Positions 36,901 to 46,831 of a stretch of DNA of 64,000 nt are shown one piece after another. The notes below the pieces were generated by a model that saw only the letters and a program-made list of their open reading frames with translations, had not been told where the DNA came from and ran no database searches. Numbering within the stretch: position 1 is the stretch's first letter; every line of letters starts with the position of its first letter. The translations under genes were made by a program, and so were the position numbers. The stretch lies in IMG/VR virus record IMGVR_UViG_2757320666_000001, positions 1 through 64,000 of that record; one strand, written 5' to 3'. This stretch comes from a virus (taxonomy: Duplodnaviria > Caudoviricetes).

Positions 36901-39900
36901 TTATTAATGATTTAAAAGAACAAAAATTACAAGAACTTAAAGTAAAACAAGAACAAGTTCATAAAGAAAAAATAGCTAAATCTATAAAAGACTTGTTAGC
37001 TCAAAGACAAGAAAAAATAGATGCTGGAGAAGTTGTTCCTGAAAATGAGCCATATATTACAATTGTAGATGAAGATGCTAAAGAAGAACACACTTCTTCT
37101 GTTGCTGGTAATTTACAAACTATGGAAACTGTTTTTTCATTAGATGACAATTCCACAACTATAAACAATGACCCTGTATTTATAGCAGATGATTTCAATG
37201 ATATGATTGGAAATACATCATCTTTTACACCTCAACAAAGTAATGTTGCTAAAAAGATTGTATCAGAAGATGTAACTAAAGTTAAAAATCTATTAAATAG
37301 AAATATTAGCTTTAGGGAATATATGTCTCATTTGGATGAAATTGTAAATAATAAAGAACAATTAAAAAAATTATTTGATGGTTATGTAGAAGGTTGGAAA
37401 CAAAATGGATTTGAAGCAGATGACTATAATCAAGTTTATATGGATTTATTTAATCCATTGGCTTCATTAGGTACTAATGCTTCATTAATGGCTCAAATGT
37501 TTGAACAACAAGTTCCTATTGAAGAAGCTAATACATTTGTAGAATTAGAAGAAAAAGTAGAAGAAATAAAAAAAGAAGTTGCTCAAAGAGAAGTTACTAC
37601 TGTTGGTTATGATGAAGAAAACATTCCTATTCAAAAAACAGCAGTAAATGAAATTGAATCTAAAAGAACTTTAACAATTACTCCTAAATTAGGATTTTCT
37701 TCTATTGCTTATGTTGAAGTAATAGAAAATGGTATTTTAGTTAGAAAATCAATAGGTAATGAATTGAATCACAAATTTGGAGATTTGATTGACTTTAGAG
37801 AATTGTTAAACCCTGATAAACATCCTTCTGGAAGTAAATTAGGGGTACAAATTGCTCCTGAATCATTATGGTCTCAAATTACTGTTTCTAATAGTAGAAA
37901 TGCACAAGGAACAGCACAAACTATTACTTTTGATAAATGGTTATCTGAAAAAGAAAAACAAAATGCTGATTTCAGAAATACACAAGAATTTAGAAATAAA
38001 GTTCCTGTATTCTATACTAATAAAGAAGGCAAAGCATTAGCTTATGTTCAAGATACTGATTGGTATAATACATTCAATATAGGTAATCCTTTTGGGGATT
38101 CAAGTAATCCTAATTTACCTACTCAAGAATGGGTGAATCATATTAATGAAGGTAAATTAAATGCTCAAAATTTAAGAAATAGTATAAACAATGGTTTAAC
38201 AGAAGTTACAATTAATAAACCTTCTGATGGTATATTTTATGAAATACCTATGACAGAACCAAAAATTACTCTTCAAGAAGCTAATCCTCAAACTGTTGTA
38301 ACAGTACAAATAGGAGAAGACTTATATATGGGTAATCAAATTTTCAATGCTGGAAAACTCTTAAATAAAGATAAATCTGGCAATGAAGGAAAGTTTGATT
38401 TTAATAGTGTAGGTCATACTTGGGAAGTAAGAAGAATAGGTACAACATTAAATGATAAAGGGGAATTAGTACCTACATATAGAGCTTATCCTGTAGGCAG
38501 AGTTGTTTCTGATGAACAAATAGAAACAGCAAGATTTGCTATGGCTGCACACCTTGCTCTTAAAAAAGATGCAAGTTGGACAAGACATTTAAAAGGTACT
38601 ATATATGAAATGACTTATGAAAAAGCTAAATCTATTCAGAAAGATGTTCATACTCAAATGGGTCTTGATATTGAAAATGGAAATGAAATAGTTCAATTTA
38701 TAAAAACTTTCTTTCAAGATAATATTGCTGGAGATAATTTAGGTCAATATAAAAAAGGTTTGTTTGATGAGAATGTTATGAATAATGTTTCACAGCATAC
38801 CAATAACAAACTTTTAAATAACAGAAATGTAAAAAGTATAGTTCATATTACAAGAGAAGGAGTTACTGCTTTAAATCAAACTTATGACACTTATTTAAAA
38901 AATAATTTACTTACAAATATCAAATCTTTTGATATTGATGATACTGGAAAAAAACCTACTTATGTTACTATGATACAACCAATTATCACAGTAGATTATA
39001 AGGAAGTGGAGAAACCAGCAACTAAAAATAATGATGCAAGACAAGAAGCTGCTAATGTAATTGTAGAACAGCTTAAAACATCTGTACCATTCAGTTTAGA
39101 AAAACATACTGAATTTTTAAATGATTTAGGTATTGACCCTAATGATTTTGATGAAAGTAATGATATGATTGCTAATACAGATAAATTAGCTAATATTTTC
39201 AATGTTAGTGGAGATTTATCTATAACTCAAGAAAAAAATGTAAGACAATTTATATACCATAAAATTGGTAATAAAGTAAGTTTTGGTTATAAAAATAAAG
39301 TATCAAAAGAAGCAATACAAAATGATATTAAATCTGAATTAAACTTACATCTTAATAAGATAGAAAAACAAGTATTATCAATGTTATCTGAAATTAAAAA
39401 TCAAAATAATACTAATGGTGCTTTAAATCATTATGTTGAAGCATATAATCAAACTTTAAAAAATATTGCTGATATTAAAAAGAATTATGAAGGTATATAT
39501 AATAAAGCATTTGCTGATATTCAAAAACAAACTCAACTTACTCTAAATGAGAAAGAAGAGAATGATATTGAACAAGATGATGTTGAATTAAGTGTTAAAG
39601 ATTATAGTAAAGATTCTATTGAAGAATCAGGTAAAGCTAAAGCATCTTATAGATTAAGAAGATTCTTATCTGAAATTCCTGTATTTGATAGCAAAGGAGT
39701 TGCTCAAAAAGGTTATTTAGGTATTCCTTTATATATGTCATTTAATGATGTATATAATGAATTAAGTAAAGTATTGGCTCTTGGTTCAGAAGTTAAATCT
39801 GATTACAATACTATTATAGCTAAAATGAAACAAAGTAATAATGCTTTTGTAAAAAGTGTTTTAGCTAAATTAGAAAGTGCTGACCAACAAATTAAAAATG

Positions 39901-42900
39901 AATTGGTTTATAATTTTGTTAGACATACTTTGTCTTCTAAATTTGCTATGTATGAAGATACTAAAAACAATGGTGTTTCATTAAAAATATATAATACTAA
40001 TGCAAATGAAGCTACAAGAATTATAGCTAAAAACTGGAAGAATGAGAATAAATCATCAGGTTTATATAATAAAAATCAATCCTTAAATGTTCAATATGCT
40101 CAATCATTATTAGATGACTTTAATAAATGGGATAGACAAGATTACAGAAAAGTTCCAGAAAATGATTTGAGAAAATGGTTATCTAAATTAGGTTATACTT
40201 TTGAAGATACATCATGGAATCAAATTTATAATGAAGGTATTTTTAATGCTGGAAAACAAAATTCTTTCAATGTATTGTATAGTCAAAATGCTGGTGGTTT
40301 ATTTATACCATTAAAAAATTGGTTAGAGAAAGCAATAACTAATCCTGCTGATTTCAGCTTTGATAGTAAAGAAAGTATTTTTAATGATTTAGCTGGTGTT
40401 ACAAAAGCATTAAGTTTAATAGAAGCAAAATATAACCCAACTTTAATAACCCTTTCTTTTAGAGATTCTGGTAAGAACATATCAACTTTAGTTCCTACCA
40501 AATATGTAACTGATATGGTTCAAAATTTAAAAAGAAGTATATCAGAAGATGGTAACAATTTAGTTGATGACTTGTTATCATTATCATTATCTGAAAATTC
40601 TATAATTTTAGATATGTTGAAAAATGAACCTACTTTTAAAAGTATGTTTGAAATTTCACATACTTCTATTACAGCATTTAAAGAAAAAGGAGAACAACCA
40701 TATAGAGCAAGTATTACTGATTTAAGTGATATTGATTATGATATGGCTGGTATTACTGGTTTTCAAGATAGAAAGATTGATAAATTACCTAAAGGAACTA
40801 AATTTGAAGGTATATCAATGAGAATGGCTAATATGTTATTTCCTACTATGTCAGATAAAACTACTGGTATGTATATGACAACTGCTATTTTTGATTTTTT
40901 GAAAGATGGTAAAATAGATGGTATGTTTAACTTATCAGAAGAAGGTGTAGTTCAAGGTATTGGTCCAACAGTTAAAACTTTATTGTTTAATCAATTGGTG
41001 TTACCAGAACTAAAAAGAATAGTTAAATTTCATACAGAAGTTAAAGCAACAAATATAAAAGATTATGATAAAGGAGCAACTCTTTTTCATTTCTTACCTA
41101 TAATGAATACTTTAAAAGATTCTGATGGATTAAATATTGTAAACAAGTTAGCATTAACTGGTATTACAATAGATGAAGCTATTGAAAAATATCAATCTAC
41201 TTTTGAAGATGCTATTGAAGGTGTTATTAAAAAAGAAGTAGAACATAAAAAAGATATGTGGAGTAATTATTTAGAAGTAAATAAAGAAGGAAACTCATAT
41301 TCTAAAATGTTTGATAACAATTATTTCAAAGAAGAAGGTAAAAATCCTTCAACTGATTATGATTTAGCTGTTTATGATTTTGTATTAAATAATATGATTA
41401 CTAATTCAGAAGTATTTAAAGTATTTGCTGGAGATATTGCTAATTATAGTAAAGATAAATTATACAAAGAAGAAGGTAAGTCAGTTAATCCTTTTGATAT
41501 AAAAGATGATAAAACTTATGTTTCTATTAATAAAGAAATTGGTGTGAATTTAGGTAAAAGGTTAGCTTTACTTATTGCTCCTGGTAGTAAAATTGCTAAT
41601 TCTTATGGAGAAAAATATAATCAAATTTTTCTTGAAGATTCTGTTGATATTAGTGAAAATTCAGAATACTTAATTAAAAATTATTATGGTCAAAAAGGAT
41701 TAGATGAAGCTCAATCTTTATTAGATAAATATAAAAAAGCTGCTGAATTACTAAACAAACACGAACAAGGAATTTTAAGTTTAAATCCTGTTAGATATAG
41801 TGCTGTTAATAAAACATTATCTGATATTAGAAAATCTTTAGCTAATAAATTTCCAGCTATAGATGCTTATTTTGATATTGAATCTACTGATGCTCAAGAA
41901 TATTCAACAGCAACAGAACACATATCTATTTTACATAGAATAGGTAGAATTTCTGATGAAGAATTTAAAGTAATTACTAATAAATTATTAACAGAAGGAG
42001 AAAAAGGTTATTTAACAAAAGAAGAATTGAAATTAGTATTTCAACCAATTAAACCTGTTCATACAGGAACTTATACTAATGTAAATCAGGATGTTAATAG
42101 AGTAGTTTATATTAAATCTTCTGCTTTTCCTTTGATACCACAATTAACTGCTGGTACTAAATTAGATGCTTTAAGATTGAAAATGGAAGAGTTAGAAACT
42201 AACACAGGTAGATTTACCAGAGCTTCTTTTCAAACAGCTAATAAGGTAGGTGCTACAATAAAAACTGTAAAACCATTTGATATAAATTCATTATCAACTA
42301 TAAAAGATTATAATGCTGATGATGTAAATGCTAATATGTTAGTATTAAACAGAGATAATTTTAGAATACAACAAGATGTACCTTTTAAATCTGATAAACA
42401 TCAAGATGATAAAGTTTCTATGGGTACACAATTCTTTAAATTATTATTTGGTGATGGTGTAATTGACAAAGAAGGTTTTGTTATAGATGGTAAAGAACTT
42501 ACTGGTAAAGAGTTATATCAACATTTTAATAAAGCATTTAGTGATATAGTAGATAGTAAAAAACAAGAATTATTTTTAGATTTAGGTTTAGATACAAATG
42601 GTCAAATTAAAAATGAACAAAACTTTGTAAAAAACTTACAAGATTTATTGATAAAAGAAGCTACTTCAAGAGGTTATAGTGTTAAATCATTAGCAGGATT
42701 GAAAATTGAAAAATTAGCTGCTGCTGCTGGATTTTACTATGAATTTAAAACTCCTTTATGGTTATCATCTGATAGTAATAGATATGAATCATTATTAAAT
42801 TCAATCATTACTAACAAAATTATGAAGCATAAAATGCCTGGTAATGGTTTTGTTGCTGGTTCTGAAAGTGGTTTTAGAATGAAAGAAAATCTTGAAGGTG

Positions 42901-45900
42901 TAGATAAATCAAGAATAATTTATTTAGATTCATATAATGGTAAAGAATTACAAGGAACTCATACTTCAACAGATGAAAATGGAATAGTATTTCATAAAGC
43001 TCAAGTATTTATTCCTTCTAAATTTAAAAATGATAAAAAAGAACTTATTGATTTATTTGAAGGATTTAATGGTAAAGAAGGAAAGTATTTAACAAGAAGA
43101 GAAAATGGTACATTAACTTTGAAAGAAGGTATGATAGACCCTGCTTTATTCAATAACTTCAGTTTTAGAACTCCTACTTCATCTCATAAATCAGGTTCAT
43201 CTATTGAAATTGCTGGTATATTACCTCCAGAAGTAGGGGATTTAATGATAGTACCTAAAAACTTTACTAAACAAAAAGGTCTTGATTATGATATTGATAA
43301 AGAATCTGCTTATCAATTAAATCATATTATGACTAATGATGGTAAAATTAAAGTATTAGAAAACTCTGATATAGAAGATATTACAAGAAGTTTAACTAAT
43401 AAAATAGAAGAATTTAATCTTGAAAATACAAGTGCTTCTGCAAAAAGTAATTTTGCTAATGAATTATTTAGAAGTTTCATAGCAGGTAAAGGAAGTTTAT
43501 TAGATGAAGAATCTTTAGAAACTTTATTATTACCTCAAGTTGATATTGTTGAAAAAATAAATAGATTAGAATTACAATTAAAAAGAAAATTAGCTGAAAA
43601 TGAATTTATTAAATCTCATTTGGCTATATTCAATAATCCTAATTTAGATATTCAAAACAAAATCAATAGTGTTTTATCTATTGATTTTGCAAAAAGTCAA
43701 GCTGAACAGTTAGAAAAATTAAATGAAGCTGGTTACAGAAACAAGATGATTGCTGAATATATGGCTAAAGATGCTACATTATCTGATTTAAAAGCTAATG
43801 AGATGTATGAAGCTGACCAATTGAATTTTACAATGCTTACAAATTCTTACCAAAAAAGTAAAATGAATTTAGGAGCTATTGGTAAAGTTGCTATTGGAGT
43901 ATATGCTAATTATAGTACATTTAATGCTTTACTTCAACAACATCAAGGAGAAGATATTTATATTCAAGATGATTTAGGTAATCCAAAAACTATTCAAATT
44001 GGTCATTTTATTAGTGATGGAAAACTTGGTGCTATACAACATATAGAACCAACAGGTTTATCTGAATCTAAATTGAAAGAATGGAGAGAGAAACATCAAA
44101 GAAATATTTCAGAAGCATTTGATGAAAAAATTAATACAGGTACTGATAATGAAAAAGAACAAGTTCTTGGTAGAGTAGGTGTAGATGAATTTACTATCAA
44201 TGTAGATGCTAATACAGCTTTAAGAGGATTTGGTAAAGATGAAAATGGTAATTCTATTTCTTATTTATTATTATCTCAACCAATCATTAAAGAATTAAAT
44301 CAAAGAAGAAAAGAAAGTAAAGGTGTTTTAGGAGAATTTATTAAAGATGAAGAGTTAATTAATGAATTAGTTAGTAAATATGGTAAAGATAAAGCACAAT
44401 ATCATACACAAGGTAAGCAATTTGTCATTGTTGATAATATTGATGGTTCATATTTAACAGGTAATAATTTATTAGAAGGAATAAAATCTAATGGTAAAGA
44501 TTACAATACACAATTGCAAACTTTAAAAACTTATCTTGATTTAGAAGAAGAAGCTAAAAGAGTTGCTAAAGTTCAAAAAGTAATCAATACTAATATGCTT
44601 GGTAAATCTATGATTGAATCTCAATTGAAATATGAAGGATTAAAAAAACTTCCTGATAATGGAATTATTACTAATGCTCATTTATTGATTGGAGATTATA
44701 TTGAAATTAATACATCTGAAAATCAAAATGGTGGTTATATGATTGGAAACTATTATGTTACACCAAGAACACCACAAGGACAAATTGTTATAAATGGTTT
44801 ACATTTAGGTAATACTTTATATAGAGATTTCTTTCCATATCAAGACAAATCAATAAATGACGTTGTAAAAGAAATTTTGAAAATACAAGGTAAAGAAGAG
44901 AATATTTCTGATAATGCTATTATTGAAAATTTTGAAGAAATTGTTGAAAACATTAAAAAATTAATCTATTCAAGAAAAGGTAATAATGTATTTAACATTG
45001 ACCCTAAAGCTAAAAGATATGAATTATTCATTGATGATGAAAACAATACTTCATTATCTACATATTTAAAAGATTTATCAAAAAATGATGATAAACAATT
45101 TAAAAAAGGAATAAAAGAAGTATCTCAAAATGCTTTACTAAAAAGTTTCCAATATGAAACAGGATTAGGAGAAGATGAGTTATCATTAATTAAATATAAT
45201 AACACAGCTACTGATAATTTAGATGAGGAAAATTTATATAATGCTATACCTGAATTGGTTATGGCTAATAAACAATTACCTTTTAGAAATGGACAACCTT
45301 ATTCTACAGTAAATTTAGCAGAAGATTTAGTAGCTTATTCTTTCTTACAAGGAGGTATTCAAAAAGCAACTGAATTTGCAAAATTTGTTCCTATTGAAAT
45401 GCTTGAAAGTATGGGTCAATTTGAAAAAGATAGCTTTGTACCAGCAAATAAAAAATTACAATTATACAACACAAAACAAAATAGTTCTATCAATTTGTTT
45501 AATAAAGTATTAGGTATCAAAGAAGATTCTATGAGTACATTTACTAAACAATATTTCCAACATAATCCAAGTAAAGCTCCAAAAGCAAACTTTAAAAATG
45601 TTAAGAATAAAAAAGAAAATAGTTTTGAGTATAATGTAGAAGATAAAAAATATCCTACCTTGTTATCTGTAAAAGATAATAAGAGAAATATGCCTGTATC
45701 AGTTTCTTTATTTGAACATGTTGGTAATGGTTTATATCAAAAAATTGATACATTAGGTAATATGGGTATTAGTGAATATGAATTTGGTAATGATAATGTT
45801 TCTTCTATTAAAAATTTAAAAAAGAATGTAACACCTAATATTGCAACAGATGATAATATAGCTAATATAAGCAAAAAAACATTTAAAGTTAATGAAAATA

Positions 45901-46802
45901 CTTCTGTAAAAGACTTATTGAATCAAGTAGCAAATACTGAATTAACACCAGAATATGCTCATATTACAGAAGCTGCTAAATGGTTATTACCTATAATTGG
46001 AAATGACAAATTAGTATTGGATTATAATTTAGATGCAGCAGGAAGAACAACAAAAAATAGTAAAGATGTTACTTTAAACCCTACTCATACATTAAATGTA
46101 TCAGATGATAAAGCAGCTATGACTTTATTACATGAAGTTATTCATACTGTAACTGTCAAAGAATTAGGTAATTATTTTGATGAAGCAGGTAATTTAAAAA
46201 CTGATGCTCCTAAACATGTTACAAATCTTGTAGTAGTATTTAATGAATTTAGAAAGTTATTACAACCAGAAATTACAGCTTTAATAGAGAAAAAAGCTCT
46301 TATAGATAATGCTAAAAAAACTGGTCAAACATTGCCTTCTAATACTGAATACACAGAAAGAGAATTAGGTTTAATCTATGCTGGTACTAATATTAAAGAA
46401 TTTATCACAGTTGCTTTGACATCTCCAATGTTTCAAGAAGAGATGAATAAAATACAATACAAAGCTACTGATAAATCTTTATGGGATAAATTATCTGATG
46501 CTATCTTAAATTTATTAAATACTGTTTATCCAGGATTAATCAATGATAGTGTAGCTAAAGAATCCATTATGGCTTCAATGCATTTTATCAGAATGGAAAA
46601 CAATTTTAGAGAAGTTGAAAGTGTAGATAATATACCTAATGATGTATATTTAGAGATGGAAAAAACTCAAGCTACTCCTACTCAATATGCTCCATTATCT
46701 GATAAAAATCAAGTTCAATTTACAATAGGAGATAATGATTTTGCTGAAAATGATATGATTGAAAATAATTTTAGATTACCAGAAATAAAAAATTGTAACT
46801 AA
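33939..46802 (+). CDS. Giant virion-packaged DNA-dependent RNA polymerase polyprotein with C-terminal zincin motif
   Basis: FRTP...LPPEVGDLMIVP...GLDYDIDK (DxDxD at 43284-43298); MGTQFFKLLF; FQPIKP; YIKSSAFPL; C-terminal LLHEVIH (46131-46145) with downstream IKEF. Confidence 0.9.
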   Translation: MLPPKRKSASLDFLNQSIENKKKTFSSQVVNNQQNNTANVSQEELTSQDMSLGNVSAGTLDMMYKSSTEREREDFFNSQAKKEAEKLAKAKTLDDNGVLAELKNKVGEEKAIEFLDIDEKIKEKRKKSIDFIDDNGVNIFAPIYKLHDYFADDENKWGKTAKEEKEYNDLITYRDNKIMPVMNEVKESFKNRFKEIEEKAKKYRDAKLKDDAQIVYHKDGSVGPKASVPDRLTGYQKNTSEDNYTPYQEEINYNIAKKNYEEVIETLEDYTTGNTGFWSGFGTQSKDLKSLGLYSIAKDIKSIPIIEKQNRIVNEVTKNTDKNGNVKKGYVPSETLTDSEQAVIESIAKKQNIEARDLMHDNRLYRTGKGVATSAVMMEQMIATAPIGGPIETAVGKFVARDAIGLTLNTALQQGGKKLALKMIGGELAGGTASLAVQGLVNPMTYGGYAKDQIGNVEISHDENGKEIYLTSQAIYNKYKKDFNLKNVQIDSQINKLSKNKTEENLAKIEELQGMKDSLADELSLIQPHSKVESALFGYSEYLKEAFAERFVGEALGPLGKLAKSESTMLGRGLTKLSDSKIGKGLSAINDKFVKGRNAMNNLALGKISTQAIAHTGQMNMLDSLPGEVLEEVFTALVPTYGQDYGKQLEQLSDSEFYEDVIAQTLIMNGAMGSVGMGMRANNFRLDKKAIAKIYRNIDAATTDEDLAAHINMNTSGSLYSPLEYDAMITKLRDSGKTEQANKLEKTKFERLAAHAIRTGTITNFQETLYKVLLKPDTEISAETKLNIQLAKKRIDELKQVYDAHSEKQNFGTIFNLAEKKLANKQTIEELDKHIVENKQNAKEEIDAFITREGIKIDYSIDTLLDRQFENEEDQQKYNSFLDRLEKENLLAVENHKNATMLKDTLNSNQSILLKNYNDQVHPLYQKKMEEKKAILQDYNSIVEQIKQEGSENAEFNYQNELQETPALIESVVEKLKQKDITGENKDFINDLKEQKLQELKVKQEQVHKEKIAKSIKDLLAQRQEKIDAGEVVPENEPYITIVDEDAKEEHTSSVAGNLQTMETVFSLDDNSTTINNDPVFIADDFNDMIGNTSSFTPQQSNVAKKIVSEDVTKVKNLLNRNISFREYMSHLDEIVNNKEQLKKLFDGYVEGWKQNGFEADDYNQVYMDLFNPLASLGTNASLMAQMFEQQVPIEEANTFVELEEKVEEIKKEVAQREVTTVGYDEENIPIQKTAVNEIESKRTLTITPKLGFSSIAYVEVIENGILVRKSIGNELNHKFGDLIDFRELLNPDKHPSGSKLGVQIAPESLWSQITVSNSRNAQGTAQTITFDKWLSEKEKQNADFRNTQEFRNKVPVFYTNKEGKALAYVQDTDWYNTFNIGNPFGDSSNPNLPTQEWVNHINEGKLNAQNLRNSINNGLTEVTINKPSDGIFYEIPMTEPKITLQEANPQTVVTVQIGEDLYMGNQIFNAGKLLNKDKSGNEGKFDFNSVGHTWEVRRIGTTLNDKGELVPTYRAYPVGRVVSDEQIETARFAMAAHLALKKDASWTRHLKGTIYEMTYEKAKSIQKDVHTQMGLDIENGNEIVQFIKTFFQDNIAGDNLGQYKKGLFDENVMNNVSQHTNNKLLNNRNVKSIVHITREGVTALNQTYDTYLKNNLLTNIKSFDIDDTGKKPTYVTMIQPIITVDYKEVEKPATKNNDARQEAANVIVEQLKTSVPFSLEKHTEFLNDLGIDPNDFDESNDMIANTDKLANIFNVSGDLSITQEKNVRQFIYHKIGNKVSFGYKNKVSKEAIQNDIKSELNLHLNKIEKQVLSMLSEIKNQNNTNGALNHYVEAYNQTLKNIADIKKNYEGIYNKAFADIQKQTQLTLNEKEENDIEQDDVELSVKDYSKDSIEESGKAKASYRLRRFLSEIPVFDSKGVAQKGYLGIPLYMSFNDVYNELSKVLALGSEVKSDYNTIIAKMKQSNNAFVKSVLAKLESADQQIKNELVYNFVRHTLSSKFAMYEDTKNNGVSLKIYNTNANEATRIIAKNWKNENKSSGLYNKNQSLNVQYAQSLLDDFNKWDRQDYRKVPENDLRKWLSKLGYTFEDTSWNQIYNEGIFNAGKQNSFNVLYSQNAGGLFIPLKNWLEKAITNPADFSFDSKESIFNDLAGVTKALSLIEAKYNPTLITLSFRDSGKNISTLVPTKYVTDMVQNLKRSISEDGNNLVDDLLSLSLSENSIILDMLKNEPTFKSMFEISHTSITAFKEKGEQPYRASITDLSDIDYDMAGITGFQDRKIDKLPKGTKFEGISMRMANMLFPTMSDKTTGMYMTTAIFDFLKDGKIDGMFNLSEEGVVQGIGPTVKTLLFNQLVLPELKRIVKFHTEVKATNIKDYDKGATLFHFLPIMNTLKDSDGLNIVNKLALTGITIDEAIEKYQSTFEDAIEGVIKKEVEHKKDMWSNYLEVNKEGNSYSKMFDNNYFKEEGKNPSTDYDLAVYDFVLNNMITNSEVFKVFAGDIANYSKDKLYKEEGKSVNPFDIKDDKTYVSINKEIGVNLGKRLALLIAPGSKIANSYGEKYNQIFLEDSVDISENSEYLIKNYYGQKGLDEAQSLLDKYKKAAELLNKHEQGILSLNPVRYSAVNKTLSDIRKSLANKFPAIDAYFDIESTDAQEYSTATEHISILHRIGRISDEEFKVITNKLLTEGEKGYLTKEELKLVFQPIKPVHTGTYTNVNQDVNRVVYIKSSAFPLIPQLTAGTKLDALRLKMEELETNTGRFTRASFQTANKVGATIKTVKPFDINSLSTIKDYNADDVNANMLVLNRDNFRIQQDVPFKSDKHQDDKVSMGTQFFKLLFGDGVIDKEGFVIDGKELTGKELYQHFNKAFSDIVDSKKQELFLDLGLDTNGQIKNEQNFVKNLQDLLIKEATSRGYSVKSLAGLKIEKLAAAAGFYYEFKTPLWLSSDSNRYESLLNSIITNKIMKHKMPGNGFVAGSESGFRMKENLEGVDKSRIIYLDSYNGKELQGTHTSTDENGIVFHKAQVFIPSKFKNDKKELIDLFEGFNGKEGKYLTRRENGTLTLKEGMIDPALFNNFSFRTPTSSHKSGSSIEIAGILPPEVGDLMIVPKNFTKQKGLDYDIDKESAYQLNHIMTNDGKIKVLENSDIEDITRSLTNKIEEFNLENTSASAKSNFANELFRSFIAGKGSLLDEESLETLLLPQVDIVEKINRLELQLKRKLAENEFIKSHLAIFNNPNLDIQNKINSVLSIDFAKSQAEQLEKLNEAGYRNKMIAEYMAKDATLSDLKANEMYEADQLNFTMLTNSYQKSKMNLGAIGKVAIGVYANYSTFNALLQQHQGEDIYIQDDLGNPKTIQIGHFISDGKLGAIQHIEPTGLSESKLKEWREKHQRNISEAFDEKINTGTDNEKEQVLGRVGVDEFTINVDANTALRGFGKDENGNSISYLLLSQPIIKELNQRRKESKGVLGEFIKDEELINELVSKYGKDKAQYHTQGKQFVIVDNIDGSYLTGNNLLEGIKSNGKDYNTQLQTLKTYLDLEEEAKRVAKVQKVINTNMLGKSMIESQLKYEGLKKLPDNGIITNAHLLIGDYIEINTSENQNGGYMIGNYYVTPRTPQGQIVINGLHLGNTLYRDFFPYQDKSINDVVKEILKIQGKEENISDNAIIENFEEIVENIKKLIYSRKGNNVFNIDPKAKRYELFIDDENNTSLSTYLKDLSKNDDKQFKKGIKEVSQNALLKSFQYETGLGEDELSLIKYNNTATDNLDEENLYNAIPELVMANKQLPFRNGQPYSTVNLAEDLVAYSFLQGGIQKATEFAKFVPIEMLESMGQFEKDSFVPANKKLQLYNTKQNSSINLFNKVLGIKEDSMSTFTKQYFQHNPSKAPKANFKNVKNKKENSFEYNVEDKKYPTLLSVKDNKRNMPVSVSLFEHVGNGLYQKIDTLGNMGISEYEFGNDNVSSIKNLKKNVTPNIATDDNIANISKKTFKVNENTSVKDLLNQVANTELTPEYAHITEAAKWLLPIIGNDKLVLDYNLDAAGRTTKNSKDVTLNPTHTLNVSDDKAAMTLLHEVIHTVTVKELGNYFDEAGNLKTDAPKHVTNLVVVFNEFRKLLQPEITALIEKKALIDNAKKTGQTLPSNTEYTERELGLIYAGTNIKEFITVALTSPMFQEEMNKIQYKATDKSLWDKLSDAILNLLNTVYPGLINDSVAKESIMASMHFIRMENNFREVESVDNIPNDVYLEMEKTQATPTQYAPLSDKNQVQFTIGDNDFAENDMIENNFRLPEIKNCN

Positions 46803-46809
46803 TATTAAG

Positions 46810-46817
46810 TACATTTG
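46810..46817 (+). promoter_or_regulatory. Bacteroidota -7 box TACATTTG with A-rich leader
   Basis: tacatttgtaaaaaataaaattATG. Confidence 0.65.
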
Positions 46818-46831
46818 TAAAAAATAAAATT

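Noticed and set aside
4207-46802. Inteins in TerL or the RNAP
   Set aside because: No N-terminal C/S splice block, LAGLIDADG motif or HN-C/S/T junction recognised by eye
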